From Myxococcota bacterium (GTDB lineage: Bacteria; Myxococcota_A; UBA9160; UBA6930): 64,000 nt of DNA. Each line of letters starts with the position of its first letter. The first letter of the stretch is position 1. Location: positions 4,032,001 to 4,096,000 of the forward strand of contig OZ245002.1 of assembly GCA_965223415.1 (NCBI GenBank), written 5' to 3'. A model generated the notes under the pieces. It was not told where the DNA came from. It made no database searches and saw nothing but the letters and a program-made list of their open reading frames with translations. Both the position numbers and the translations under genes were made by a program. Below, piece by piece: positions 29,503 to 41,983 of the stretch.

Positions 29503-30218
29503 GGCTCGCGGGCTCCGACCACCCGGCGGTAGGCCGCGTCGAGGGCGTCCGGCGAGCTGAGGGCCTGCGGGTCCAGGGGCGTGGCTGCGCCGCGCACGAG
29601 CACGAGGCCGCGGTCGGCGAGCCCCGCCGCCCGGCTGAGATCGTGGGTGACGAGTACCGAGGTGCGTCCCCCGTCTCGGGCCGCCGCGAGGCGCAGGGTC
29701 AGCCGGTCGGCGGCGCGGGGGTCGAGGCCGGTGAAGGGCTCGTCCAGCAGCAGCACCTCCGGGTCGTGCACGAGGGCCCGTGCGATGGCCACCCGCTGCG
29801 CCATGCCGCGAGAGAAGCTGCCGACGCGGCGGTCGGCGACGGCCGCCAGGGCCTGCTCCTCGAGCAGGCTCTCCGCCCGGGCCGGCGGGTCGGCGACGCC
29901 CCACAGGCGGCCGGCCAGGATGAGGTTCTCGCGGGCCGTGAGCGCGGGGTAGAGGAAGGTCGCGTGGCCGATCAGGCCGATGCGACGGCGCCGGGCCACC
30001 CGGTCCCGGCCGGCGTCGCCCACCGCGAGGGTGCCCGCGGACGGCCGCGTCAGGCCGGCGATCAGCCGCAGCAAGGTCGACTTCCCGGCGCCGTTCGGGC
30101 CGAGCACGGCGAGGGTGGCGCCGCGGGGCACCGCCAGGTCCAGGGGCTCGAGGGCCACCAGCGGACCGAAGCGGCGGGTGAGTCCGCGGGCCTCGATCGC
30201 GAGGGCGGCTTCGCTCAA
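29499..30218 (-). CDS. ccmA: Heme exporter ATPase CcmA
   Basis: GPNGAGKST, FSRGMAQR, LLLDEPFTGLD; TTG start coupled to the upstream stop. Confidence 0.92.
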   Translation of the reverse strand: MSEAALAIEARGLTRRFGPLVALEPLDLAVPRGATLAVLGPNGAGKSTLLRLIAGLTRPSAGTLAVGDAGRDRVARRRRIGLIGHATFLYPALTARENLILAGRLWGVADPPARAESLLEEQALAAVADRRVGSFSRGMAQRVAIARALVHDPEVLLLDEPFTGLDPRAADRLTLRLAAARDGGRTSVLVTHDLSRAAGLADRGLVLVRGAATPLDPQALSSPDALDAAYRRVVGAREP

Positions 30219-32067
30219 GCGTCGCCTCCGGGAAGAGCGGCGCCGCACTGGGCGCAGAAGCGATGGCTCGGGTCGGGTAGGGCACCGCAGGCGTTGCAGA
30301 GGGCAGGCTCCCCGCCCGGCTCGGAGCCGCTGGCCGTCTCGGCCGGTGGCGCTGGGCTGTCAGGCGCTCGCAGCCCCCGCTCCTCCGCCATCAGCTCGAG
30401 GGCCCGGGCGCGCAGCTCCCCGCGCAGGCTCTCGTACTCCTCCGCCGCCACGTGGCCGGTCTCGAAGTCGTGCTCGAGGTCGCGCAGCGCGTCCACGACG
30501 GCGGCACGCTCCCGGCTCGCGGCGGATTCGGTCTCCGCCGCCAGCTCGTCCACCGGCCCGCTCCGCCACAGGGGCCCCACGAGCAGGGCCAGGGCGAGGG
30601 CGCCGCCGATCGCCAGGAGCCCCTGGAAGGCCAGGGCCGGGAAGCGCGCGCGGGGCGGGCGCCGGTCGATCTGCAGCGCGACCCGCTCGTCGGCCTCCAC
30701 CTCGAAGGCCTCCAGGTGCATGTAGGTCAGGTCCGAGGTGCGCACGGGGCGCCGGCGGTGCAGGCGCTCGGAGCGGGGCGCCAGGTTGCCCGGATCCGCC
30801 AGGAAGATCGAGAGCAGGGGGACTGGGACCGGCCAGCTGCGCTCGAGGGCCACCGGAAAGCCGTCCACCGCCTCGCGGTAGGCCACCTCCACCCGCAGCT
30901 CACCGGGCTCCGCCTCGCCGACGACGGCGAGGCCACCCCGGGCGTCCGGCAGCATGGAGACCCCCGCGCCGTCGGCGCCGAAGCGCAGGCGACCCGCGCC
31001 GGAGGGCAGGGGCACGTAGTGGAGGGGCGCGTCGGCGGTGCCGAACACGCGCTCGTCGCCGCGGATCTCGAGCACGTGGCTCTCGCTGATGGCCACGGCG
31101 GCGTCGTCCGCCGTAACGATCAGCCGCACCTCCTTCGTGTGGACCGCACCGGCGGCGGCGAGCTTCGCGGGCGGGACGCGCAGCGCGATGACGACCCGGC
31201 TGCCGGGCGCCCTGGGCCCGCCGTCGTAGGCCGCGAAGCCGGCGCCCTCGCCGGGGGCCAGCGGGGCCTCCGCAAGCTCAGGCGTCTCGAGCCCCGCGCC
31301 CGCCGGAATCCAGAGCCGGAGCGCCGAGGCACCGGTGGGAAGCTCCCACTCGAGGGCGATGCGCTCGGCCTCCTCAGGGGCCGGGACCTCGAAGGAGAAG
31401 GACAGGTCCTGCACGCCGGGATGCACCGGGCCCCACCAGCGCACCTCGCGGCCTTCCTGCTCGACCCCGTCCGGAATGACGCCGAGGGGCATCGAGAAGC
31501 CCGTGGCGCCCTCGGGCAGTCGCGCGCGCAGGGCCGGCGTGGCGCCGGCGCGGCCTTCTGCCGGGACGTGGAAGGTCCTGGGCCCCGGGTTCTCGACGTG
31601 AAGCGTCTCGACGACCCGCAGGCCGCCGCCGGTGCGCTGGAGGCGCCGCTCCGCCGGGCCCGCCACCAGCGCGCCGGCGTCGCTGGACAAGGACGTCACC
31701 GGGATGTCCACCTCGCGCTCGGTCTCGCCGGCGGCGAAGCTGACGCGGGCGCCGGGGAACGGCACGCCCTGGTAGCGGGCGCCGAGCAGGTAGGCGAGGT
31801 TCGCGCTGGTGGCGATGCCTTCGAAGACGAAGCGGCCCTGGGCGTCGCTCGTCGTCTGTCGGAGGCCTGGCAGGCCCTCGGCGGAGAGCGCGTACAGCGC
31901 GACGTCGACGCTGGCCAGGGGCTCGCCGGTCTCCGCCTGCACGACCCGGCCGCGGATCGCGCCGTTGCCCTTCGGCACGTCCGGGGTGCCGCCTTCGGGC
32001 TGGGACGCCGCCACCACGGCGAGGGTCGGGAGGGCCAGCAGCACGCCGGCCCACAGCAGCGCGCGCC

Positions 32068-32071
<4 letters not shown>
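30215..32071 (-). CDS. Ccm-associated exported protein (carboxypeptidase-regulatory-like N domain, TM, CcmI-like helix, Zn ribbon)
   Basis: Signal peptide; GAIRGRVV...TTSDAQGRFVF; LRDLEHDFETGHVAAEEY; CNACG...FCAQCG. Confidence 0.75.
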
Positions 32072-34038
<1,967 letters not shown>

Positions 34039-34044
34039 GCCCGG

Positions 34045-34506
34045 TCAGCTCGAGGTGCCGAGCGGGTCGGAGCCCGGCGGCTCCTGGCCCTCGAACTTGG
34101 ACGGGCACTTGGCCAGCACGTTCGTGGCGTGGAAGGTCGTGTCGCCGTTCGTCGCCGGATGGAGGCGCCCCTCCACGACGACCTCGGCGCCGTCCTTGAA
34201 GAGGTCCGGCGTCTCGAGGCTCGCGTACACGACTGTCATCATCGCGCCGGCTTCGCCGCCGGCGTGGGGCGGTGTGCTCTGAACGCGGAAGCTCACCTGA
34301 CGGGCGTCGACGTCGCGCTCGATCGAGCCGTCCGCCACGTAGCCGTGCACCCGCACCGCGCGGCTGCTGGCGGCCGCCGCGGCCTGGAACTCCTCGAGGG
34401 TCTGGTAGTAGGCGAAGGACGCCTCCTCGACCTGCGTCGCCCCGTACCAGCCGAGCAGCGCCGCCACCAACGCGCCGCCAATGGCGATCTGGATCCCCTT
34501 CGACAT
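34045..34506 (-). CDS. ccmE: Heme chaperone CcmE, Cys-type variant
   Basis: N-terminal TM; PDLFKDGAEVVVEG; LAKCPSKF. Confidence 0.92.
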   Translation of the reverse strand: MSKGIQIAIGGALVAALLGWYGATQVEEASFAYYQTLEEFQAAAAASSRAVRVHGYVADGSIERDVDARQVSFRVQSTPPHAGGEAGAMMTVVYASLETPDLFKDGAEVVVEGRLHPATNGDTTFHATNVLAKCPSKFEGQEPPGSDPLGTSS

Positions 34507-34631
34507 GGCTCGCAAGCTATCCCCTGGTCTCTCCGCCGTCAAACGGCGGCGAGGCTGAAACCCCTTGAAATCCAATCAGTTGCGCCGGCCTCGTGCTTGA
34601 CACGTGGGACCCCCGGGGCTACCCCGGCCCC

Positions 34632-35774
34632 GTGCGCATCTCGCCCCACGTCAACGCCCTCGAGCCCTTCCTCGCCATGGAGCTGATGGAGCGGGCCTTC
34701 GCCCTGGAGCGAGAGGGGGCTTCGGTGGTGCATCTCGAGATCGGCCAGCCGGACTTCGCGCCGCCCCCGGCTGCCATCGCCGCCTGTGCCGAGGCGGTGC
34801 AATCGGGAAGGACCCACTACACGGACAGCCGGGGCCTGCCCGCGCTGCGCGAGGCGATCGCCGCGGACAAGGGGCGTCGCACAGGGGGGTCGGTCGATCC
34901 GGCCCGGGTGATCGTGACGAGCGGCACGTCCCCGGCCATGTTGATGGTCTTCGGCCTGCTCCTCGAGCCCGGCGGCGAGGTGATCGTCCCCTCGCCCCAC
35001 TACCCCTGCTACCCGAACTTCGTGCGCTTCTGCGGGGGCGTGCCGGTCTTCGTGCCCTGTGACCCCGCCGCTGGTTACGCCGTGGACCCGGACGCGGTGC
35101 GAGCCGCCGTGACGCCCCGCACCCGGGCCATCGTGGTGGGCACGCCCGCCAACCCCACCGGGGCCATCCAGTCCCGCGAGACGATGGCCGCCCTGGCCGG
35201 CCTCGGTGTGCCCCTCGTCAGCGACGAGATCTACGACGGCCTGGTCTACGAGGGCGCGCGGGTCACGTCGGCCCTCGAGGTGACCGATGACGCCTTCGTC
35301 CTGGACGGCTTCTCCAAGCGCTACGCGATGACCGGCTTCCGCCTGGGCTACGCCATCGCCCCGGAGGCCGCCATGCGCAGCCTGCAGACGGTGCAGCAGA
35401 ACCTCTTCATCTCCGCCAGCGAGTTCGTCCAGCGCGCCGGCGTCGCGGCACTGGAGCACGGCGCGGCGACGGTGGAGGCCGCCCTCGCGAGCTTGGCCCC
35501 GCGACGGCGGCTGCTGACCTCTGGCCTGCGGCAGATCGGGTTCGAGATCCCCGTGGAGCCCGAGGGCGCCTTTTACGTGTTCGCCGACGCGCGCCGCTTC
35601 GGCGAGGACTCGCTCGCCCTGGCCCACGACCTCCTCGACCGCGCCCACGTCGCCGCGACCCCGGGCATCGATTTCGGCGAGGCGGGCGAGGGGCACCTGC
35701 GCTTCTGCTATGCGGCGTCGGAAGAGGACATCCGAGAGGCGCTCCGGCGCCTCGCCGGCCACCTGGCCGCCTAG
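34632..35774 (+). CDS. PLP-dependent class I/II aminotransferase
   Basis: IGQPDF, PANPTG, SDEIY, FSKRYAMTGFRLG; TTGACA-N17-TACCCC just upstream. Confidence 0.93.
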   Translation: MRISPHVNALEPFLAMELMERAFALEREGASVVHLEIGQPDFAPPPAAIAACAEAVQSGRTHYTDSRGLPALREAIAADKGRRTGGSVDPARVIVTSGTSPAMLMVFGLLLEPGGEVIVPSPHYPCYPNFVRFCGGVPVFVPCDPAAGYAVDPDAVRAAVTPRTRAIVVGTPANPTGAIQSRETMAALAGLGVPLVSDEIYDGLVYEGARVTSALEVTDDAFVLDGFSKRYAMTGFRLGYAIAPEAAMRSLQTVQQNLFISASEFVQRAGVAALEHGAATVEAALASLAPRRRLLTSGLRQIGFEIPVEPEGAFYVFADARRFGEDSLALAHDLLDRAHVAATPGIDFGEAGEGHLRFCYAASEEDIREALRRLAGHLAA

Positions 35775-37996
35775 CATCTTCCGGCGGGTGCTACCTCCAC
35801 CGGGATCCCGTTCGCGATGCTGGTGTTCGACCAGGGGTCGAGGGCCTCCTCGTCGGTCAGCACGTTGCTGTTCACGCCGGGCTGGCGGGAGGCGGCGACG
35901 CCGAGGCGTGTCTCCGCCTCGGAGTGACCGAAGCCGTGAGGCAGGCTCACGACGCCGGGCATCATGTCGTCGCTGAGCTCCACCGGTGCCTCCACCGCGC
36001 CCACCCGGGAGCGGACGCGCGCGCGGCCGCCGGCGGTGAGGCCCAGGCGGGCGGCGTCCTCGGGGTGGACGAGCAGGCTGCAGCGCTCGCGCCCCCTGGC
36101 GAGCACGGGCAGGTTGTGGAGCCAGGAGTTCATGTTCCGGGTCTGGCGGCGGCCGACGAGGAGCAGGCTGCCGTCGCCCCGGCCGGCCTCGAGCCGCGCC
36201 CGCAGCCGCGGTAGGTCGCGGAGCAGGTAGGGGTGGGCCAGGGGGATCCGCCGGCCCGGCGTGCGCAGGATGTCCGGGAGCCGCGGCTCCATGGCGCCGA
36301 GGTCGACGGCGTGGGGCACGGCGCGCAGCTTCGCGAGGGAGAGGCCCGGGGCGTCGTCGTCGAAGCCGTCGCCGTAGGGGCCGGCGCGCAGCATCAGGTC
36401 CACCCGTCGCATCGGGCCGGGCTCGCGGCCGAGCTTCTCCCGGGCCAGGCCCGCCGGCACGTGCTCGGCCGGCAGGCCCGGCTTGCCGACGAAGCGCGCC
36501 AGGTCGGCCTCGAAGAGCTGCTCGTCGAGGGCGGCGGCGGGGGTTCCGAGCAGCCGGGCGGCCAGCTCGAGCTGCACCTTCCACTGGGGCCAGGCGTCGT
36601 CTCGGGGCTCGAACACCGCCGGCGACCAGCGGGCGAAGTTCCGCACCGTCGTGCTCTGGGTGAGGAAGTCGAAGTTCTCGTGCTCGAGCTGCGGGGCGTT
36701 GGGCAGGATCACGTCCGCGTGGCGGGTGGTCTCGTTCAGGTAGATGTCGAGGCTCACCATGAACTCGAGCTGGCCGAGCGCCTTCGCGAGGCGGGTGCCG
36801 TTCGGCGTCGAGAGCACCGGGTTGCCGGCGACGGTGACGAGGGCGCGGATCCGCCGTTCGCCCGCCGCGTCGATCTCCTCGGCCAGGGCGGCGCAGGGGA
36901 GCTGGCTCTCGATCTCCGGGATGCCGCGGGCCGCCGTCTTCCAGCGCCCGATCTCGAGCTCCGGGCCCGGCCCGCCCGGCTCGTGCTGCCCCGTGGCCGG
37001 CCGCGGGAACATCATGCCGCCGGGCTCGTCGAAGTGCCCAGTGAGGATGCCGAGCACGTCGACGAGCCAGCTGGCCAGGAGGCCGAACTCCACGGTGCAG
37101 GTGCCGATGCGTCCGTAGCAGCAGGCGCGCTCCGTCGCAGCGAACTCCCGAGCGATGCGGCGGGTCGTCCTCGGCGCGATGCCCGTCGCGTCCGCCACGG
37201 CTTCCGGGGAGAAGGACAGGGCCTCGGCGCGGAGGGCGTCCACACCGTCGGTAAAGGCGGCGAAGCGGCCGAGACGCACGAGGCCCTCTTCGAACACCAC
37301 GTGCACCAGGGCCAGCAGGAAGAGCGCGTCGGTGCCGGGCCGGATGAAGAGGTGCTCGTCCGCCTCGCGTGCCGTCTCGGTACGGCGCGGGTCGACGATC
37401 ACCAGCTTGCCGCGACGGCGGATCGCCCGCAGGCGCCTACGCACGTCCGGCGCGGACATGAGACTTCCCTGGGACACGAGCGGGTTCGCCCCGAGGCACA
37501 GGAAGTAGTCGCAGCGGTCGATGTCCGGGATCGGCAGGATCGAGCTCTTGCCGAAGAGCACGCGGGCCGCGACGAGCTTGGGCTGGTGATCCATGGTGGC
37601 GCCGGAGAAGGCGCGGGGCGTCGCGAGCACGCCGGCGAGAGCCCGGTTGTAGAGCATGGCGCCGACGTCGAAGCCCGTCGGGTTGCCGATGTACATGCCG
37701 ACGGCGTCAGCGCCGTGGGCGTCGCGCACGGTGCGCAGGCCGTCGGCAGCGACGTCGATCGCCTCGTCCCAGTCCAGCTCGGTCCAGCCGCCGGCGGTTC
37801 GCCGAAGCGGCCGGCGGAGCCGGTCCGGGTCCTCGTACACGCCGGAGAGGGCGTAGGCCTTCGGGCAGAGGTGGCCCCGGCTGCGCGGATCGTCCGGATC
37901 CCCCTCGATCCGCAGCACCTGGCGTGGGGCGGGATCCACCTTCACCCGCAGCCCGCACATGGCCTCGCAGATCGGGCAGGAGCGGTGCTTCCACAT
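35771..37996 (-). CDS. Molybdopterin (bis-MGD) oxidoreductase catalytic subunit
   Basis: CPICEAMCG...LCPK Fe-S motif; GANPLVSQGS; NETTRHADVILP; MNSWLHN; VHPEDA. Confidence 0.92.
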   Translation of the reverse strand: MWKHRSCPICEAMCGLRVKVDPAPRQVLRIEGDPDDPRSRGHLCPKAYALSGVYEDPDRLRRPLRRTAGGWTELDWDEAIDVAADGLRTVRDAHGADAVGMYIGNPTGFDVGAMLYNRALAGVLATPRAFSGATMDHQPKLVAARVLFGKSSILPIPDIDRCDYFLCLGANPLVSQGSLMSAPDVRRRLRAIRRRGKLVIVDPRRTETAREADEHLFIRPGTDALFLLALVHVVFEEGLVRLGRFAAFTDGVDALRAEALSFSPEAVADATGIAPRTTRRIAREFAATERACCYGRIGTCTVEFGLLASWLVDVLGILTGHFDEPGGMMFPRPATGQHEPGGPGPELEIGRWKTAARGIPEIESQLPCAALAEEIDAAGERRIRALVTVAGNPVLSTPNGTRLAKALGQLEFMVSLDIYLNETTRHADVILPNAPQLEHENFDFLTQSTTVRNFARWSPAVFEPRDDAWPQWKVQLELAARLLGTPAAALDEQLFEADLARFVGKPGLPAEHVPAGLAREKLGREPGPMRRVDLMLRAGPYGDGFDDDAPGLSLAKLRAVPHAVDLGAMEPRLPDILRTPGRRIPLAHPYLLRDLPRLRARLEAGRGDGSLLLVGRRQTRNMNSWLHNLPVLARGRERCSLLVHPEDAARLGLTAGGRARVRSRVGAVEAPVELSDDMMPGVVSLPHGFGHSEAETRLGVAASRQPGVNSNVLTDEEALDPWSNTSIANGIPVEVAPAGRC

Positions 37997-38005
37997 GCCG
38001 GCAGC

Positions 38006-39601
38006 CTACCGCGGTTGTTCCGTCTCCAGGAAGCCACGGGTATCGGCGCGGAGCGCCGGCGGCGGCCGGATGCCGTAGAAGCGCCAGGCCGCGAGGAGCT
38101 CGGGCAGCGGGCGTCGTGGGCCCGTGGCGAGCCGGAAGGTGGCGTCGGTGCGAAACGCCGTGCAGGTCTCGCAGCGGAAGACGGCCAGCTCCTCTACGTG
38201 CTCGAAGTGCTCCGCCAGGGTCTCCAGGGGAAGGTGGATCGCGAGTACCGCGTCGCGACCGGCGGCGGCGTCCGTCCAAAAGGCGTAGGCGTTGTGGGGG
38301 GCCACGACGGGCAGGCTGTCGCGATCGCGGCCGTAGTACTCGATGACCGAGGCCTCGACCCAGTGGGGCGCGAGCAGCACGGCGCGCTCGCGGGTCGCGG
38401 CGGGCAGCCCGTCCCACGCCGCCAGCGCCTCCGCGGCGAAGCGATCCCACTCCAGTCGGCCCGCGAGGAAGAGAGGCAGGTCCGAGCCGACGTCGCCGAC
38501 CTCGATGTCCGGCTCCTCGCCGATCGCCTCGAAGACCTCCACCACGCCTCGGGGCGAGAGGATCGGGAGTACGCCGAGGGCGCTGCCGATGCCGGACGCC
38601 AGCAGCGCCAGCACGACCACGCCCCGCAGGAGCGGTGCGAGGCGCGGGCGCCACAGGTCCCACACCACCGCGCCGGCAGCGAGGGCGATCGGGTAGGCGC
38701 CCGCCATGCGGTCGACCCGGCGCTGGCCAGCGAAGAGGATGACCGCCAGCAGCACGGCGAAGGCGATGCCCAGGGCACGCCAGGGCCGCCCGGCCCGAGC
38801 GAACAGCAGCCAGGCGAGCCCGGGCACCCAGAGCAGCAGGTTGACCGGGTTCATGCCGTAGGTGTGGATCTCGAGGGCCTCCCCGACGGTGGCGTCCAGA
38901 ATGCCCTCGCGGCGGTTGGCGTAGAACGCGAGGGACGGCCATTCGTTCACCGCGTTCCAGTAGAGGTTCGGCGCCGCGATCAAGAGCGCCAGGGCCGCTC
39001 CCCACCAGAGATGGGAGGCGCGCAGCTGGGCGCGCATCGGGGTGAGCGCGAACCCCACGCCGAGGGCGAAGGCGAACAGCAGGAAGGTGTGCTTGGAGAG
39101 GAGTGCGACGCCCGCGACCGCACCGAAGGCCAGCCATCCGCGGGTGTCCCCGGTGCGCGCGAGCTCCGCGACGATCCACGCCGCGCAGGCCCAGAGCAGC
39201 AGCTCCAGCGGGTTCACAGAGTGGAAGCTCCAGAACACCAGGTCGATCGGGACCACGGCGATCGCCAGGCCGGCGAGCAGCTGGCCGAAGGTGCCGGCAC
39301 CGAAGGTGCGCGCGAGACGTCCCGTGACGAAGACCGTGCCCACCCCGCAGGCGGCCGGGACCACCGCGAAGCCCAGCGGCCCGTCGCCGAACAGCGCCAG
39401 GCTCACCGCCAGGATCCAGGAGGCGAGGGGCGGATGGTCGACGTAGCCGAGCTCGAAGCGCTGGGCGCCGGCCCAGTAGTAGAGCTCGTCGTGGAACAGG
39501 CCCCAGGGCGGGGCGAAGGCGCTCCACAGCAGGACGCCGGCCAGGACGAGGGCGAGGGTCAGCAGGCCGAGATCGGCGGCGCGCTGCCTGCCGGCGCCCA
39601 T
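38006..39601 (-). CDS. ArnT/PMT-like (GT39/83) membrane glycosyltransferase
   Basis: FHDELYY, GYVDHPPL, multiple TM helices, PNLYWN. Confidence 0.85.
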   Translation of the reverse strand: MGAGRQRAADLGLLTLALVLAGVLLWSAFAPPWGLFHDELYYWAGAQRFELGYVDHPPLASWILAVSLALFGDGPLGFAVVPAACGVGTVFVTGRLARTFGAGTFGQLLAGLAIAVVPIDLVFWSFHSVNPLELLLWACAAWIVAELARTGDTRGWLAFGAVAGVALLSKHTFLLFAFALGVGFALTPMRAQLRASHLWWGAALALLIAAPNLYWNAVNEWPSLAFYANRREGILDATVGEALEIHTYGMNPVNLLLWVPGLAWLLFARAGRPWRALGIAFAVLLAVILFAGQRRVDRMAGAYPIALAAGAVVWDLWRPRLAPLLRGVVVLALLASGIGSALGVLPILSPRGVVEVFEAIGEEPDIEVGDVGSDLPLFLAGRLEWDRFAAEALAAWDGLPAATRERAVLLAPHWVEASVIEYYGRDRDSLPVVAPHNAYAFWTDAAAGRDAVLAIHLPLETLAEHFEHVEELAVFRCETCTAFRTDATFRLATGPRRPLPELLAAWRFYGIRPPPALRADTRGFLETEQPR

Positions 39602-39671
39602 CGGCGCTGTGTCTCCCAAGCTCGTCTCCCGGCGCGGGGAGAGCGTAGGCCATGGGCTAGCTTCGCGTCGG

Positions 39672-40322
39672 ATGCAGCTCTTCACCTACCACGGCTCCTC
39701 GGCGAGCTACCGGGTGCGGATCGCCCTCGAGTGGAAGGGCATTCCGCGAGAGGATGTCTTCGTCGACATCCGCGAGGGTGCGCACTTCGCCGACGACTAC
39801 CGTCGCCTCAACCCGAACGCGCGGGTGCCCTACCTCGTCGACGGCGAGGTGCGGGCCGGCCAGGCCCTCGCGATCCTCGAGTACCTGGAAGAGGCCTACC
39901 CGAAGCCGCCGCTGCTGCCCGCCGACGCCGCGGGACGGGCGCGGGTGCGCGAGCTGGCGCTGCTCGTCGTCGCGGACGTCCAGCCGCTCCAGAACATGGG
40001 GCCGATGGCGTTCCTCCACGACCCGCTCGGCGTGGACCGCGACGGCAGCGCGCGCTGGTACCTGCACTGGGTGTCCCGCGGTCTCGCCGCCTTCGAGTCG
40101 ATGCTCGCCGACCACTCGGCGACCGGTCGCTTCTGTCACGGGGATGCGCCGACGCTGGCCGACGTCTGCGTGGTGCCCCAGCTCGTCAACTGGACCCGCA
40201 AGGGCGGCGGACGCCTCGATGATTGGCCGAACCTGGCCCGGGTGTTCGATGCGTGCCAGGCCCTCGAGGCGTTCCAGCGGGCGGATCCGCTGGTGCAGCC
40301 GGACGCGCCGCCGGCCTCGTGA
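39672..40322 (+). CDS. maiA: Maleylacetoacetate isomerase (zeta GST)
   Basis: SSASYRVRIAL, NPNARVP, DVQPLQN, PTLADVCVVPQ, QPDA. Confidence 0.9.
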   Translation: MQLFTYHGSSASYRVRIALEWKGIPREDVFVDIREGAHFADDYRRLNPNARVPYLVDGEVRAGQALAILEYLEEAYPKPPLLPADAAGRARVRELALLVVADVQPLQNMGPMAFLHDPLGVDRDGSARWYLHWVSRGLAAFESMLADHSATGRFCHGDAPTLADVCVVPQLVNWTRKGGGRLDDWPNLARVFDACQALEAFQRADPLVQPDAPPAS

Positions 40323-41092
40323 CGCCGGGCCGCGAGCCGGAAACCCCGTCGGCCTTCTACTCGGGGCTCGTGGCCGAGCTCTACGACGCGTTGGTGGGGG
40401 AGCGGGCCGCTGCGGGGGCCTACGCTCCGTTCCTCGACCGCAGCGGAACCCCGGCCCTCGAGCTGGCCTGCGGCTCCGGCCGGCCGATGCTGGACCTCCT
40501 CGCGCGGGGCTACGAGGTGGAGGGCCTCGACGCCTCCGCCGACATGCTCGAGCGCTGCCGTGCGGAGGCGGCCGCGAGCGGCCTCGCGCCGACCCTCCAC
40601 CTCGCGGAGATGCAGTCGTTCCGCTTGCCGCGGCGCTACCGGTCGATCTTCCTGGCCGGTGCCAGCTTCAACCTGCTCACCACGGACGAAGACGCCGCCG
40701 CGGCGCTCGGCTGCATGCACGCGCACCTCGAAGCGGGCGGGAGCGCGCTGGTCCCCCTGGAGGTGCCGGACGCCGACGCCGTCGGGCGTCAAGTCGGCCA
40801 GTGGCGGGAGGTCACGGACGCGTCCGGGTGCAGGCTCGCGGTGGAGTGGCGGAGCGGAGAGCTGTCGGAGGACGGGCGCGACGTCGCCCAACGCCTTCGC
40901 TACGAGCGGATTCCCCCGGTCGGCGAGCCGTCGATCGTCGAGCGCACCTGGCGGAAGCGCTCGTGGAGGCAGGCCCCGTTCCGCGAGCTGGCGCTCGCCG
41001 CCGGCTTCGACGAGCCGTCCTTCCGCGCGCCGACCGGCGGCCCGGCCGAGCCCGACGCCGGACTCTTCGTGGCCCTGCTGCGTCCCCGCTAG
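40319..41092 (+). CDS. Class I SAM methyltransferase
   Basis: LELACGSGR, GLDASADML. Confidence 0.85.
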   Translation: MTPGREPETPSAFYSGLVAELYDALVGERAAAGAYAPFLDRSGTPALELACGSGRPMLDLLARGYEVEGLDASADMLERCRAEAAASGLAPTLHLAEMQSFRLPRRYRSIFLAGASFNLLTTDEDAAAALGCMHAHLEAGGSALVPLEVPDADAVGRQVGQWREVTDASGCRLAVEWRSGELSEDGRDVAQRLRYERIPPVGEPSIVERTWRKRSWRQAPFRELALAAGFDEPSFRAPTGGPAEPDAGLFVALLRPR

Positions 41093-41104
41093 CCTCTCCC
41101 CGGG

Positions 41105-41572
41105 ATGGGCACCTTCCCCCAGCACGGCGGCTGTCTGTGCGGCGACCTTCGCTACACGGTCGCCGCGGACCCCGTCACCCTCTATGCCTGCCACTGCACC
41201 GATTGCCAGCGCGAGACGGGCTCGGGCTTCGCGCTGCTCATGGTCGTCGGCCGCGACGCCTTCCAGCTCGATGCGGGGCAGCCCGCCGCGTTCACCACGG
41301 AGCTCGCCGACGGACGCACGAAGGGCGCCTTCTACTGCGGCCGATGTGTCACGACGCTCTACGGACAGTCCCCCGAGAGCCCGTTCGTGGTCCTCGAGGC
41401 CGGCACCCTCGACGACACCTCCTGGCTCCGCCCCGCCGGCCACATCTGGACCCGCAGCGCCCAGCCGTGGGTCCGCTTCGACGACGATGCGCTCCGGTTC
41501 GCGGAGGCGCCCGGAGACGAGGGCCTCGTGGCGCTGGCCCGCGCGTGGAAGTCGCGGCCGGGGCGCGAGTAG
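41105..41572 (+). CDS. GFA (glutathione-dependent formaldehyde-activating-like) family protein
   Basis: GGCLCG, CHCTDCQR, YCGRC, HIWTRSAQPW. Confidence 0.9.
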   Translation: MGTFPQHGGCLCGDLRYTVAADPVTLYACHCTDCQRETGSGFALLMVVGRDAFQLDAGQPAAFTTELADGRTKGAFYCGRCVTTLYGQSPESPFVVLEAGTLDDTSWLRPAGHIWTRSAQPWVRFDDDALRFAEAPGDEGLVALARAWKSRPGRE

Positions 41573-41575
41573 GGA

Positions 41576-41983
41576 GTGGGGCGTCCTCAGCAGGCCGTCG
41601 TCGGTGTGATCCTGAGAGGCCGGCGCGTCCTCGTCATCCAGCGAGGGCCCACCGCCGTTCTTCCCGGGTACTGGAGCCCGCCGAGCGGGCGGATCGAGCC
41701 TGGCGAAACCCAGGAGGACACGGTGGTCCGGGAGATGCAGGAAGAGCTCGGCCTGGAGGTGCGGCCCTGGGCGAAGGTGTGGGAGTGCCCGACCGACGAC
41801 GGTCGTTTTCAGCTCCATTGGTGGCTGGTCGAGGAAGACGGTGGCGACCCGCGTCCCGATCCCGGCGAAGTGAGCGCAACGAAGTGGGTCGATGCCGACG
41901 AGTTCGACGATCTCACGCCGACGTTTCAGGGAGATCGGGAGTTCTTCCGCGCGGTGCTGCCCACGCTCCAGGCCGGCGTCTAG
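41576..41983 (+). CDS. NUDIX hydrolase
   Basis: GRIEPGETQEDTVVREMQEELG. Confidence 0.88.
   Translation: MGRPQQAVVGVILRGRRVLVIQRGPTAVLPGYWSPPSGRIEPGETQEDTVVREMQEELGLEVRPWAKVWECPTDDGRFQLHWWLVEEDGGDPRPDPGEVSATKWVDADEFDDLTPTFQGDREFFRAVLPTLQAGV

Noticed and set aside
36233..40222. 1329-aa plus-strand ORF (and similar long ORFs such as 20165-23125, 50961-53267, 55376-57544)
   Set aside because: Antisense or off-frame shadows of well-supported genes; stop codons are rare at this GC content and no motifs are present
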